The position numbers and the translations under genes were made by a program. From the NCBI GenBank assembly GCA_004022145.1, contig RCNU01000002.1: DNA of 64,000 bases; one strand, given 5' to 3'. Positions 1-14,162 of this stretch are shown piece after piece; position 1 is the stretch's first letter, and the number at the start of each line of letters is the position of its first letter. Origin of the DNA: Paecilomyces variotii (taxonomy: Eukaryota). A model generated the notes under the pieces. That model was not told the origin of the DNA. It made no database searches and saw only the letters and a list, made by a program, of their open reading frames with translations.

Positions 1-3000
1 TGTCGTGAAGGAGACCAGTCAGCCACAGACCCTAGACAGAGATGATCCGTCAGTCTCCCTGCTACAGCACCTGCTAGACCATCTTCACCCTCGCCAGAAA
101 AGCGCATTACTTGCCAAGGACCTGTCGGGCCGTACACCCCTTCATTACGCTGCCCAGTACGGATTCAGGGTTGTCTGCGAAGTTATCATCGAGCATCTCC
201 AGGCATGGGATATGTTTGATGTTAGCGAGGGTATCGACGGACCTGCGTGGCAAGATAACGAAGGATGGGCGCCTCTTCACTTAAGTGTGGTGGGCGGACA
301 TCCACTTACCACTCGGACTCTGCTCGATGCAGAGAATTGGAAGGGCTCTTCCACGGAGAAGGCTGCTATCCGCAAGCACGTCTCCAAGTCAAGCGCCGTT
401 CTTGCGCTGGCAACCAAGGCGAATTTCGTTGATATTGTCCAGCTTCTGGTTGATGCGGGCGTTGACATCAACTATCAGGATGAGCAGGGTGAAACTGCTC
501 TTCATATTGCGGCTCGCTTCGGGCACGATGAATGTGCAAAGATCCTCCTGGAAGGCTCTAATGACCAGAAAGCAGACACTGAGCTTGCCGAGAACACCTA
601 TTCCTGGACGCCCCTGTTCATCGCCTGTGTTGATGGTTCACTCAGTGTGGTAGAATTGCTCATTGAGGCTGGTGCCGACCTTGAGCGATTAGATTCTTCC
701 GGATGGACGGCGAAGGAACATGCCTCTCTCAGAGGTCATCTTCCCATTGCTCGACGTCTTGCTGAGATTAACCCTACACCTGTTGTCACTGAATCGGAAC
801 CAGTCAATGTTCCTGTGCCGGCATCTTCTTCTCCGCCGCAGTCGTCGCTTATTGAGCGGAAGTCCAATTCCAACGTGAATTCTGCAAGCGGGAGTTCTGG
901 GACACGGAGTCCTGAGCCTATCAAGTCCTTCGGACATCGGTATCTTACCGATGAATCCATGATTTTGGTCAGCTTGGGCACTATGGACATGCGCAAATCT
1001 GTTCCCGCCGTCAGCCTCGATCAGATCCCCGTTTCCAGTGCCCATTCCACTCAACTTGACACCGCACTATCTATTGTCGTGTCGGCCAGTGGAGCTCACG
1101 GTGAACCGGAGCTGATCGATCTCCCCATCCAAGACAACATCTCTACGGAGCCCATAGTTTTCCACTCCGCAGATCCCACCAAGGTTAAGCTCCTGTTTGA
1201 TTTGATCCCTACATACGCTGGTTCGAAAGACAAGGTCGTCGGACGGGGTGTTGCTTTGCTTTCTAGTATCAGACCCAGCATCGGCTCTGATCGCATTAAC
1301 CTGAAGGGAGATTCAACCGTCCCCATCGTGGCCGCGAATACGCTGGAGGTCATCGGTTCTGTCACCTTCAACTTCCTCGTCATCACCCCGTTTAGCCACC
1401 CAAACATGTCGATCACTGAGAACCAGACGTATTGGAGAACAATGACTTCAACTATGGTTATCGGACATCGAGGTTGGCTTCCTATTTCTTTTCTATCCCT
1501 GCTTTCTCTCCTAACCCATAAATTTAAGGTCTCGGAAAGAACTTTGCCAGCCGGAAGTCTCTGCAACTCGGAGAGAACACTGTTCAGGTAAGATCCTCTA
1601 CACCAAACACCCGGGTTACTGATCTGACCATATCTACAGTCCTTCATTGCTGCGGCGAATTTAGGAGCATCTTATGTTGAGGTGAGTTCTCCATTCCCGT
1701 ATGAGGAGTATTCAAAAAAAGAAAACCGAAACGCTGACCAACAATCTCCAGTTTGGTACGAAATCGTAGCACTGCGCCTATTGCAAGAAGATAACTAATA
1801 CAGTAAAAAGATATTCAACTGACTAAAGATCACGTTCCCGTTATTTATCACGACTTTCTCGTCAGTGAGACTGGAATTGATGCTCCAGTTCATACGCTTA
1901 CCCTTGAGCAAGTATGTTTCCCAACATATATTTTTGCGGATATCGTCTGACTTGCGCAAGTTTCTCCATTTGAGCGAGGCACGTACCAGTCGTTCGTCTC
2001 GATCTGGCTCTCCTCAGAGTAGCGATCGTCTGGGGAATATTCGACACGCTACCTCCCGACAGCGATCAATGTCCGTTGGTGGTTCCGAGTATGACTCGTC
2101 AGATATGAACGAGAAGATGAAGCACACGCGTGACTTCAAGAAGAAAGGGTTCAAAGGAAACAGCCGTGGAAGCCATATCCAGGCACCTTTTGCAACGTTG
2201 GAGGATCTTTTCAGAAAGCTACCTAAGTCTGTTGGGTTTAACATGGAACTGAGTGAGTTGCCGCAACCCCCAAAAGGACAGTTACGCGATTATCTGACGT
2301 CGATCGCCAGAGTATCCCATGCTCCACGAGACTGAGGAGGAAGAGATGGATACTTACGCGGTCGAACTCAACTCTTTCGTGGACACTGTCCTTACGAAAG
2401 TCTATGAGATGGGCAAAGGTCGCAACATGCTCTTCTCAAGCTTTAACCCCGACTGCTGCCTGCTGCTTGCTTTCAAGCAGCCCTCTATCCCAGTGCTCTT
2501 CTTAACCGATGCGGGAACGTCTCCCGTTGGCGATATTCGTGCAAGTAGCTTGCAGGAGGCGGTTCGTTTCGCATCCAGGTGGAGTCTCTTGGGTGTCGTC
2601 TCGAGTGCCGAACCCCTTGTCATCGCGCCCCGTCTTGTAAAGGTCGTCAAGGAGTCTGGTCTTGTTTGTGTTTCTTATGGAACCCTCAATAATGACCCTG
2701 AGAATGTCAAGGTATGCCCATTCTTCCTATTTCTGTGCTTAAGAGAATTTGTTTGGCTGACGGATCTGTCACGATTAGCTCCAAGTAGCGGAGGGAATTG
2801 ACGCTGTCATCGTCGACTCTGTTCTTGCTATCCGGAAAGGTCTCACTGAGCATGACAAGCGCGAGACTCCCTCACCTTCTCCTCGCCCCAGCCCGCAAAG
2901 AGGCCCGAGCACTGAGAGTCTGAAAGACTCTATGACCATCCCTGTCCTGAACAATATGGAACACCAGGGCAACACCATACACGCGAATGCTCAAGCGATG

Positions 3001-3015
3001 GCTCAAGGAAAATAG
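1..3015 (+). CDS. GDE1: Glycerophosphocholine phosphodiesterase (ankyrin repeats + GDPD domain), 5' end outside window
   Basis: Ankyrin repeats (GRTPLHYAA, GETALHIAA, WTPLFIAC), then GDPD motifs after splicing: IGHRG-LGKN, ENTVQSF, YVEFDIQLTKD, FNMELKYP, FSSFNP. Introns 1473-1528, 1588-1639, 1682-1751, 1756-1810, 1912-1960, 2253-2310, 2712-2778; stop TAG 3013-3015. Confidence 0.93.
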
Positions 3016-3670
3016 ATACTGCGCAGACCCTATCTGGTCCTGCATTTATCACTGACGTTGTCTAATGCATGGCTCTCTTCCATGCTTGCTCTTTTTATTT
3101 TCCATCTCTTTTTTCTAATTTGTCGATGATTTTCTTTACTTCAACGACACAGTTCTGACAACTGTTCGCAAAATACTTGCGTGACATTTTTCCTCGCTTT
3201 TTGCTCTGAATACTTGAGAATAGATATCACCGTTATTCAACATGGCGATATCTCAATCGCATGCATTGAATTTAAAAAAATTCGGTTGCTATACTATATC
3301 ATGAGGTTAGACTCATGGTAGACAATTTACAATTAATCATAACGTCTATCTGGCCTAAGTGGGCTTCAGAAGAAGGGGTTCCTAAACCTTCAGCTAAATA
3401 TATTCTGGATATCGTGTCTGAATAGAAGTAAAGTAACCTTGCCTACGGAAACATAACATACTGGAATAGAAGGTCGGATATATAACGAAAAAGTCTAAGA
3501 TGCCAATGTAGGTAGACGTACGTGAGTGATAGACTAAAAAGGGACATTACTTGCTCTCTTGTCTGATATCTTGAACATTTTCTTGGATTCTTCCAAACCA
3601 CTCTTTTATTATCCTGAGAGGACTCTCCTCCTCCCCCACCGCCTCTGCATTAGTCCCATTCCGTTGCATC

Positions 3671-6547
3671 TCACATCAGACAAGCTTCCTTAATGCTCGA
3701 ATGCAAATCACTCATTCCGACCCGAACCCGTCGCCATCCTTCTTTCCGAAGCTGATCTTTGCTCTTGAATCGCGCGCTATCGGGACCTGGGGATGCCATT
3801 CGTGCCCCAGTCATGACGGGACTCGTGTAGCCTGTAGGAGAAGCGGGTGCCGCGATGCGCTCCAGGGCGAAGACTTCAACCATCCATTCGTACCATACTT
3901 TGCGGTCGTCTGTTTGGCGGTACATGGTAACGACGATTTGGCCGTTGTCAGGGACGTAGAGTGGGGTCTGTGTGTGTAGATATATAGTATTAGCCTTGGG
4001 AGAATGTTCTGTTATAGAAGAGTTTTCTTTTTTTTTTTTATTCGGTTGGGTTGTGTTGGGGTTTTACCTTCAAGGGAAAGAATATAGGGAACCAGCTGAT
4101 CATTCCTGAGCTCTTGGCGTCCATAGTGACTGGATTCGTGGACAGTTCGACGTCACGGTACAGAACAGTCTCGAAATAACCACCTAGACCATGGCAGACG
4201 CCGCGGTTCTGGCAGGGGAATGTCAATCGTGTCTGACGCACGTTATGTGCGTTGGAAAGGATGGAACTGCCTTGGGATGGAGGAGAAATGTTGTGGTTTG
4301 GATGCGAGAAGGACCATGCTGTCTGTACGATTGGAGTTGTTCCTTCGATAACTGGAGGAGGGGTGGATGTTGCAGATCGGCTTCCGCTGCTGTCCTTGGG
4401 GCCATTACCAGCGCCGCCGCCGCTTGAGGTGGGAGGAGGGCTAACGACTGAGACTGCCGGTGGGGTCGTGGAGAGATAGTCGATTGCATGCAGCATTACC
4501 ACGTAAGGCGTTTCAGGGGCCGCAGGGTTGGAGACGGTTTGAGCCGTAATATCTGCGTGAAGTTTCGGAGCAGATATGGGTGTCAAGTGTGCGGTGTAAG
4601 ACGCCGGAATCGAAATACCATGAACAGGGTTCAGGAGGTGGGTGACGCCATCGAGGCATTCGGGAGATAATTCGTTGTCTCCAAATGAGCCCAGAAGTTC
4701 CGAAACGAGTATATCGATGGGAGTATGGGTGAGCACAGAAGCTGGAGGGTTGGCGGGGGCCGTTGGCTGCTGTTCCTTGTTGCTCGTCTCTGAGACTTGA
4801 AGCGTCGAGCTGTCAGGGCTGATGGCCTGTCCAATGTATGACTCTCGCGGATTCTTCGGGGGCAGCTCTCTGCATGGGCCCTTCCAGCTGCGCATGTCCG
4901 ATTTGACCAGCTTGACTTCTCCGCCCCAGATATTCTCGTTGTGGCGTTGGAGAAGGACAAAGGCATTTTGATTCTTCTCTACTGCCCATACTTCGACACT
5001 GACTCCAGTTTCGGCACTGGCTCGGAGAGCACGAGTAACCAGGGGACCTCTTCCTGCGCCAACGACGGCGACAACAACGCGGCCGTCGGGACTCGACGTT
5101 GGCTTCTTCTGATCCACCCAGTCTCTGAGTGCCTTTGCGATGGCTTGCTCATACCACTCGTACTTGATAGGGTCCTTCTCGAAGACCTCATAGGTTATGC
5201 TCTCCAGATTGACCGTCAATGGCTGCAGGGGTGCTTGCAGATAATCCTGGTACCCAATTCCAAAGCGCTCGATAGGAGTGCGAGGCGGCTGTCTTTGCTG
5301 AAGGTTTCGGATATACGACAGATGAGGAGTTGGATCATGGTGCTTCTTGCTTTGTGCTACGGATTGGGCGAGAGTTGGATAGTTCGAACTGGCTGATATG
5401 GAAGGTTCGGTGGCCGTCTGAGAGTCTTCCGCGTCAACTCCATCCGACCCTGGGATAGGTCCAACATCGCAAAGAAGAATCCACGGTGGTGTGCGCAGTC
5501 GCATGAACTTGGCTATGAGAGCCTGGTGAGCCTTCGACAAGACGGGGTATCCTTTCTGGTTTTTGATGAATGAAGTGGCATTGATTGTGAGCAAATGGAC
5601 AGGCTCACAGTGCCACCTCGACTGGACGTGCAGCGCCGGGAGATGCCTTGGTAAGGACAAGGCTAGCAAGGGTTAGCAGCCGCATTCAGTACACTATATA
5701 AACTGCCGGTCTGGGATAGCGAGAAAAGAAGAACGCTTTCTATTCTTACCTACGAAAAGCCTCGTGTGGTATTTACATATTCTCCTGATGACTTCCCATG
5801 CATCCCAAGTCCCGAATGGATCCGCTTTGGGAACGCGCCCTTCATCTAGATCTTGGAGGAACTCTTCTCGCGCAAACGGAGCTAGATCACCTATCTCATC
5901 CACTTCGTGATCAGAGTTATCGGTCATCTTCATCCAGATGTGGAACTGAATGTACGGAGCGAGGTTGAGAGCTTCCTGGACGGCTCTTGCGTAATATATT
6001 AGGCCTTCTGAGTGGAGAGTTCCATGATGAAGCTTAGGTCCGGGAATGACCAGGTAACCGATACCGCAGAAAGCTGCATAGGCGACCTCTAGCATCAGAA
6101 TCTGCCTCGAAATATCCGCAATCAGAGGGTCTGGAGAACATAGATCTATCCATGTGCTAGTGACACCCATCAACTGACTTATGGAATCGTTAGGGGTCAA
6201 TGGTGTATCGACCGCTGACAAAGGAGGAACCGTCAAAGGTCGCGTATTCTGGGACGTCTCAAATGTGCCACTAACATCGTAAGATGGCGGCTGTGAATTC
6301 GATAGATGAGAAGAGAGCAGAGTGAGCACTCGAGAGTGGAAGTGAGGGGTCGTCACCGGGGTTGTCAACATGTCATACTGCGCAGGTGGTCAGCAACAAG
6401 TAACGAGTCGAGTATAGTGAAAGTACATACATTACTTTCATGGGCCCTTTGCACTAGCTCCGCAGTGACAGGCAGAGAGCGTTTACTCTCATGCTGGCCC
6501 ACACAAAATGAGAAGATCATATCTTCGCTTCCTGCTGTCGACGCCAT
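3671..6547 (-). CDS. HSL7: Protein arginine N-methyltransferase PRMT5/Hsl7/Skb1 (RmtC-type)
   Basis: YQDYLQAPLQPL, TYEVFEKDPIKY, VVGAGRGPL, VEKN, ILVSELLGSFGDNELSPECLDG, SWFPIFFPL, KVWYEW motifs across ORFs 5694-6371, 4038-5669 and 3671-3925, joined by GT-AG introns; ATG (MASTAGSE) at 6547. Confidence 0.95.
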
Positions 6548-7091
6548 TTTCGTTGCAGTTGGACGCGTCGATATCCGTTGAGAAGGATATATGGCCTGCT
6601 GAAGCAATCGCGACAAAGATACTGATTAGTTGTCGAAGGTAAGCTGGCTGTAAATGGTATTGTTTATATTGTTTATTTCATGAACATTCGTCCGAAATAG
6701 TATAGAAACAATGTGGGGGAAGTATGGCACATGGTCCGCTCAAGTCTCACTTCACTTCAGGCTGGTTCTGGCAGAGGTGAGTTTAAGAAACAAAGGCATC
6801 ACAGCCATTATGCAGAGCACATCATCCTTGAAGGGAGGAAAGGGGCAGACCCTTGATTGAATGGCACGTCAGCTGTAGCTGCTCTCCCTTGAGTCCGACT
6901 GCTATTATTTCAGCGCGGGATGCGTGTGTGGGCGGGTGAAGTTCCGGCAGAATCAAAGGCGGTGAGGCAGGATAGGCAAGCGTGGCGATAGCTCGGCAAG
7001 ATTGCCTATCGTACTTTTTTTCCGCGATATCTTCTTTAGCCACAACAAGCCTGTCGAAGAGACTGTTGGACCCCGCAGCACTCTCTAAATC

Positions 7092-9513
<2,422 letters not shown>

Positions 9514-10029
9514 AAAGGTTTTATGTTTCCCGTTGCGAATACTCTCATGAGACACATTGCGGCGGTTGAACCCTCAGCGGTCGTCAACATGTAGGGTGTA
9601 TCGAAGGTTCTGGTCTTCCATGCGACTATGTTTTTTCTCATTTTTCGGTTCCGGAGTCTGGTAGTTCTGCGTGCATTTAGGACTTGTGAGTCCTATTTAG
9701 TGGCGTCATCTAGGCCCCAGATTGGCCTTTATAGATCGTGCTTTCCATAGCTCTGTCAAAATCCGACGCGATGTATCTAAAATTTGTCCTATGGCATCTT
9801 TTTGTCTTTCTGTACACAGGCCTTTCCAGAGTGTACAGTCTCTCAGATCCTGAGATGAAAATATAATGAAAAAAGGAATTGATTTGACATCTTTAAATGT
9901 CAAATATTTGCATTATTTGCATTTTATCATTTCATTTCGCTCCAGAATGTACCACGTACATACAATTCCCTACCGGAAGTCATTAAATTCTCGCCCGTAT
10001 CTGGGTCGCCACGGTTGAATAATAAATAC

Positions 10030-10440
10030 CTAGCCACCACCGGACTATCAACATCGTCGATTCCAGCAGCCGGATTCCTCGCAAAACCCTCCCTCGAACT
10101 CTGCAAGAGGTTCAAACGCCACCTCACGAGGACAGAGACAGCATGATAATAGATGTCTCAGTTGGTGGGGGAGTCGCCAACGAGAAGAGGACCGACGAGC
10201 ACGGCGATGGCACGACGTCAGCGACGGCCGCAAATTGCTACTAACTATAACTAGACCATCTCTGACAACAAAGTTAATAGATAGCGAGTATATACTATAG
10301 GATTAGTTAATTAGCTATTCTTCTTACAAACCGAGACACATTAGCCAAGAGACAAAGGCGCATTCTAAAAGCTAATCTCGAGGACGAGGATAGGTAGACA
10401 AGGCCAAGTAGAAGACGGTTACAGAATACATTGATTTGAT
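10030..10440 (+). other. Degenerate, TpA-rich coding-like relic (possible RIP-mutated repeat remnant)
   Basis: One frame reads open from about 10035 (..TPPHEDRDSMIIDVSVGGGVANEKR..), hits six TAA/TAG/TGA stops in 10242-10310 where TpA is visibly dense, then resumes (LAILLTNRDTLAKRQRRILKANLEDEDR). No TIR/LTR or transposase motif recognised. Confidence 0.3.
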
Positions 10441-10780
10441 CGTGAGGACGTTTAGGCTTGTAGACGATTTCACGTGTACTCTGCAATCGAAGGAGGGGGG
10501 GAAAGGTCTGCCAGAGTCTGGGGTGCTCCTTCACATACCAACGATGCGTCACTCTTCTACCCACATACAATCACTCCTTTTCACTTCACTTTCAGATCTT
10601 CTTGCTACCAGACCACTATCATTGTCATAAAGATAGCCTCTTCTTGAATAGTCTGAATGACTTTCTCTGTCTCCGGAATAGAGAGAAATATTTCATACTC
10701 TATCACTTTCGGCCCAGAGGGCTGGTGTTCTCCCTTCTCAATCACTGGATCTATCTCTGTCCGTAACAAAAATCATCAAC

Positions 10781-11529
10781 ATGCATTAAAAGAAACGAGA
10801 ATGCAATGAGAAAGCCCTTAGATGTGATGCCATCAGAGAGGTAAGTAACCGTTTTCTTAATCTAGCATACCGAATTCGTCTAGATTTCCTTTGCTGCCTA
10901 GACTAACTCCGTCTACAGAAGTGGAATGTGGTCGTCCCAAGACGAGGCAGTTATATCCTCCCAAAGAAAGAATCCTAAGTCCAGACGACGTCGACATAAA
11001 CTCCAGGAAGAGATTCATCGGAAACAAGGACGGTATGAGTCTCTTAGAACGACTCGATCGCATCGAGTCAGAACTCGAAAGACAGAAATCCGAAATCAAG
11101 CACCTGCAGTCTACGAACGACATAATCATTCTTCGTGCAGCCACTCTCGATGACTGGAGTGGACAAAAAGTCTCAGAATGAAAAAGCATTATGATCAAAT
11201 TTAGGAGGACTGGTATAACGGGCCTTGATAATTTGATGTCTTGTATGACCAAATCACTCCCGGTAGGCAATTATACCTTGGTACGTATTCCAAGTGCTTG
11301 GGACTTTTATAAAGCCAGCTTTTGGGATTTCAAAGGTCATTTATTGGTACATCGCGACGCGATAAATCCTATGGGCGTAAAGTATGTACATGTACAAAAA
11401 TTCTCTCCAAATGAGGGAAGAACAGAGTGGGAGATGCGACTGGGAGAAAAGAAATGCAGGAGTTATCCGTACCATTGTCACAGGCCCGGTAAACTATTAT
11501 TCCGGAGCATGATAACTGAACGTCTATAG
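10781..11529 (+). pseudogene. Probable pseudogene of an unknown coiled-coil protein
   Basis: ATG in CAAC-ATG context at 10781 with TAA at codon 3; canonical intron GTAAGT(10841)..CTAAC..CAG(10918); ORFs 10891-11181 and 11191-11529 share a frame and are split by one TGA (11179-11181); heptad-like LLERLDRIESELERQKSEIKHL. Confidence 0.35.
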
Positions 11530-11669
11530 AGTAAATGACCCGTTTTCCACATACAAGAAGAGCGTCTCTATACTTGTTTCGTCGCATTATGGATGATGTT
11601 CACACATGGTGGGTTCAAGCAGCCGATATGAGGCCTTCGAAACGCTCGTTCTACTAAGTGGTGGACCTC

Positions 11670-13811
11670 TCAGTTTGCACCCGGACCTGACAAGATTGTC
11701 CGTACGACCATACGTTTTCGGCCTTCTTCCCGTACATGTGGTCGTGGTGTAACATCTTTGATGTGACCAGAACCTGGCGTGTAGGCAGTTCTGCGGGGTA
11801 TAGAGGCCTGCTCGGCGAGGTGAGCACCCGGCTGCGTGGGGGAGAAAGCCAGTTTCTCTGGTGTTTCGTGAGGGGCTTGGGATGCCTGTTCGTTTTGATA
11901 TAGCTGAGATACCATCGTCTTCAGTCGTGTGATTTCCTCTCTCAGTGCGTGCAGTTCTTCGCTGGAAGTAGTTGGAATACTGGAAACCATTACTTCAGCG
12001 CTGGGTACATTGACTGACGGTGCCCTCTTCCCGTCGACTGCGTTCCTCTTCTCTCCAGATTGGCATGCCTCGTTTATTTCATCCTCGACCAAAGCCGCGA
12101 ACGAGGAGCATTTTTCTGCTATATTTCGGTGCTGGAACGGCTCCCTTGAAATTTCAGCATCAGCGTTCCGCCACCGCTGGAAGGCAGGGTCGAAATCTGC
12201 AGAAATGTCATGCTGTCTGCGAGCTGCATTCCAGTCGAAACCGCTCCTTACAGCTGCCGCAATAAGAGTAGCAGAGACATCTTCTTGCGCGCAAGAATCG
12301 CAAAAGTGCACCATGTGTACAATTAAGCGCTCAATGCGTCTGGGTGGATGAGAGGTCGAAGACAGCATAAAGGCCACGGCCCTCTTCAATACATGTCGAC
12401 CTTTCTCCCAATTTTTCCTGATAGTGTAGAATCTCAAGAACGAACATAGGGTACTGAAGTCGTCCGTGAAACCAGCCGCCCGCCAAGCCTGCATCCAAGC
12501 CTCTGCTCTGTCAGGCTGGTCAAAACGGAGCGCTGCAGCAATAAGAGTACCATACATAACCGGATTGGAGGCGGCTACGGGAGGGACCACAATCTCTATT
12601 CCATTAATCACCTTCGACTTCCAACGAGCTGAAGGAGGGATATTGGCAGGGTATCCTTGTCCCATCAGCATTTCGAGAAACAAGTCGAAGTTTTTGAGAT
12701 CTTTCGATTTTCTAAAGTATGTCAGAACCGAAACGATCACCGAGGGGTTTAGTTCGAATTGATTTGGTAGCATTGTCCGCAGAACGAGATCAACCAGGTC
12801 ATTTTTGCGCGTTTTCGTAAAAGCCATGATCATCACCTGAAAGGCTCTAGGGCGATCCGGCTCCTTGCTTGCCATCAGATTATCCGAAATCCGTACAAGC
12901 AGTTCCGGCAAAGGCATTCTATTGCTTAGGTAAAGGTTGATATCATCCCGAAGGATCTCATCGAGCTTGCAACGCTCCGACCGCAGTTCGTTAAATGCTC
13001 GGATATGCATATCTTTTGCGAGATCGTCGAAAGCTTCATCCTCTCTGTATCTAAGAGCATAGATTCTGTTCTGCGTCATCCGCAATTGAGCCATCAGCTC
13101 TGTGACGTTTAATTTTGGTAAAGCCGAATCTGTCGGATAATCGAGAGGCAGGCCGGAATAGTTGGGAGCAACAACAGGGCGCAGCAATAACCGGATAGCT
13201 AACTGTCTCAATGCTAGTTTTTGAATTGCTTTAGTCCGAAGGGGATCGCCAGCTGTCCACGGCGTCTCGAAAGAAGTGAATATGTCATTTTCTTCCTCCC
13301 CATCTTCGTCAAACAGTGTCTCCTCCGCCTCCGGTTCGGGAGGAACCGCCGCTTCCGTAGTCTGAGATGGAAGCGATTCTTCGAATTTGTCGAATTGACG
13401 CTCCAGCGTGTATTTCTCTGGTCGCGGCGATTCAATGTTTGTTCGGAATCCAGCTGCAGTGCTGTATTGTCGTACTTGCATTTGCCGAGAAAACTGTCCG
13501 TTTCTCTTGCGTGAAGAAAGGGCCTCCAATATCCGTTTTTCCTCATCTACCAGTTCATTCACCTCCTCTTTCACTGCCGCTATTTTCTCTTCCCATTCAT
13601 GTCGACGCTTGTCCTTGACCCGCGCATCGGCTAATGCAGCTGCCGCAAAGATACTCGAGTATAGTGCTGTCACTGAATTTCCAATTCGGAGCCGTCGACG
13701 GCTCGCAGCAGTTGCTGCTCGTGAACTGATGCCGTTGGCAGCCGTACTTAGACAGGAAACGCAGCGACAGGCCGACTGCGACGAAGCGGCTCGAGACCAC
13801 AGACCCTGCAT
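11670..13811 (-). CDS. Probable mitochondrial PPR-like/alpha-solenoid protein
   Basis: Single long ORF; likely start MQGLWSR at 13811 with an Arg/Ser/Ala-rich presequence-like N-terminus; PPR-like helical segments (NPVMYGTLIAAALRFDQPDRAEAWMQ; FSTLCSFLRFYTIRKNWEKGRHVLK). Confidence 0.65.
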   Translation of the reverse strand: MQGLWSRAASSQSACRCVSCLSTAANGISSRAATAASRRRLRIGNSVTALYSSIFAAAALADARVKDKRRHEWEEKIAAVKEEVNELVDEEKRILEALSSRKRNGQFSRQMQVRQYSTAAGFRTNIESPRPEKYTLERQFDKFEESLPSQTTEAAVPPEPEAEETLFDEDGEEENDIFTSFETPWTAGDPLRTKAIQKLALRQLAIRLLLRPVVAPNYSGLPLDYPTDSALPKLNVTELMAQLRMTQNRIYALRYREDEAFDDLAKDMHIRAFNELRSERCKLDEILRDDINLYLSNRMPLPELLVRISDNLMASKEPDRPRAFQVMIMAFTKTRKNDLVDLVLRTMLPNQFELNPSVIVSVLTYFRKSKDLKNFDLFLEMLMGQGYPANIPPSARWKSKVINGIEIVVPPVAASNPVMYGTLIAAALRFDQPDRAEAWMQAWRAAGFTDDFSTLCSFLRFYTIRKNWEKGRHVLKRAVAFMLSSTSHPPRRIERLIVHMVHFCDSCAQEDVSATLIAAAVRSGFDWNAARRQHDISADFDPAFQRWRNADAEISREPFQHRNIAEKCSSFAALVEDEINEACQSGEKRNAVDGKRAPSVNVPSAEVMVSSIPTTSSEELHALREEITRLKTMVSQLYQNEQASQAPHETPEKLAFSPTQPGAHLAEQASIPRRTAYTPGSGHIKDVTPRPHVREEGRKRMVVRTILSGPGAN

Positions 13812-14162
13812 TATGTCGGCATTGCTGGAAGGGTCCGGAATTGGATAATATAGGGCGCTCCGGCGATCTAATTGAAACGCCCTAGGGCACAATGGCCACG
13901 ATAGAAGGGCGTGAGAAACGAGGGAGTCGGTGCAGTGGTGTGCAGCTCGCGGTTGTTCGAGTCGGCTTCGTTTTGCGTGGTCATCGGCGGACTTCCGGCT
14001 CCGGGCCGGCGGAATGCAAACGCTGCAAACAAGCTTCGTTCTGGACATTGACAATAAGGAGAAGATACTCGAGAGGCTGCCAGAGGGGTTGATTTGGAGC
14101 TCTTGGATATCAGGCTCCTCTTGTCATAGTATCCTACTAAGCAGGCTCTGTCGACTTCTACT

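Noticed and set aside
13812-14054. 81-aa N-terminal extension of the PPR-like ORF from the track's start at 14054
   Set aside because: Non-ATG start inside the shared promoter with SSP120; ATG at 13811 gives a plausible presequence.
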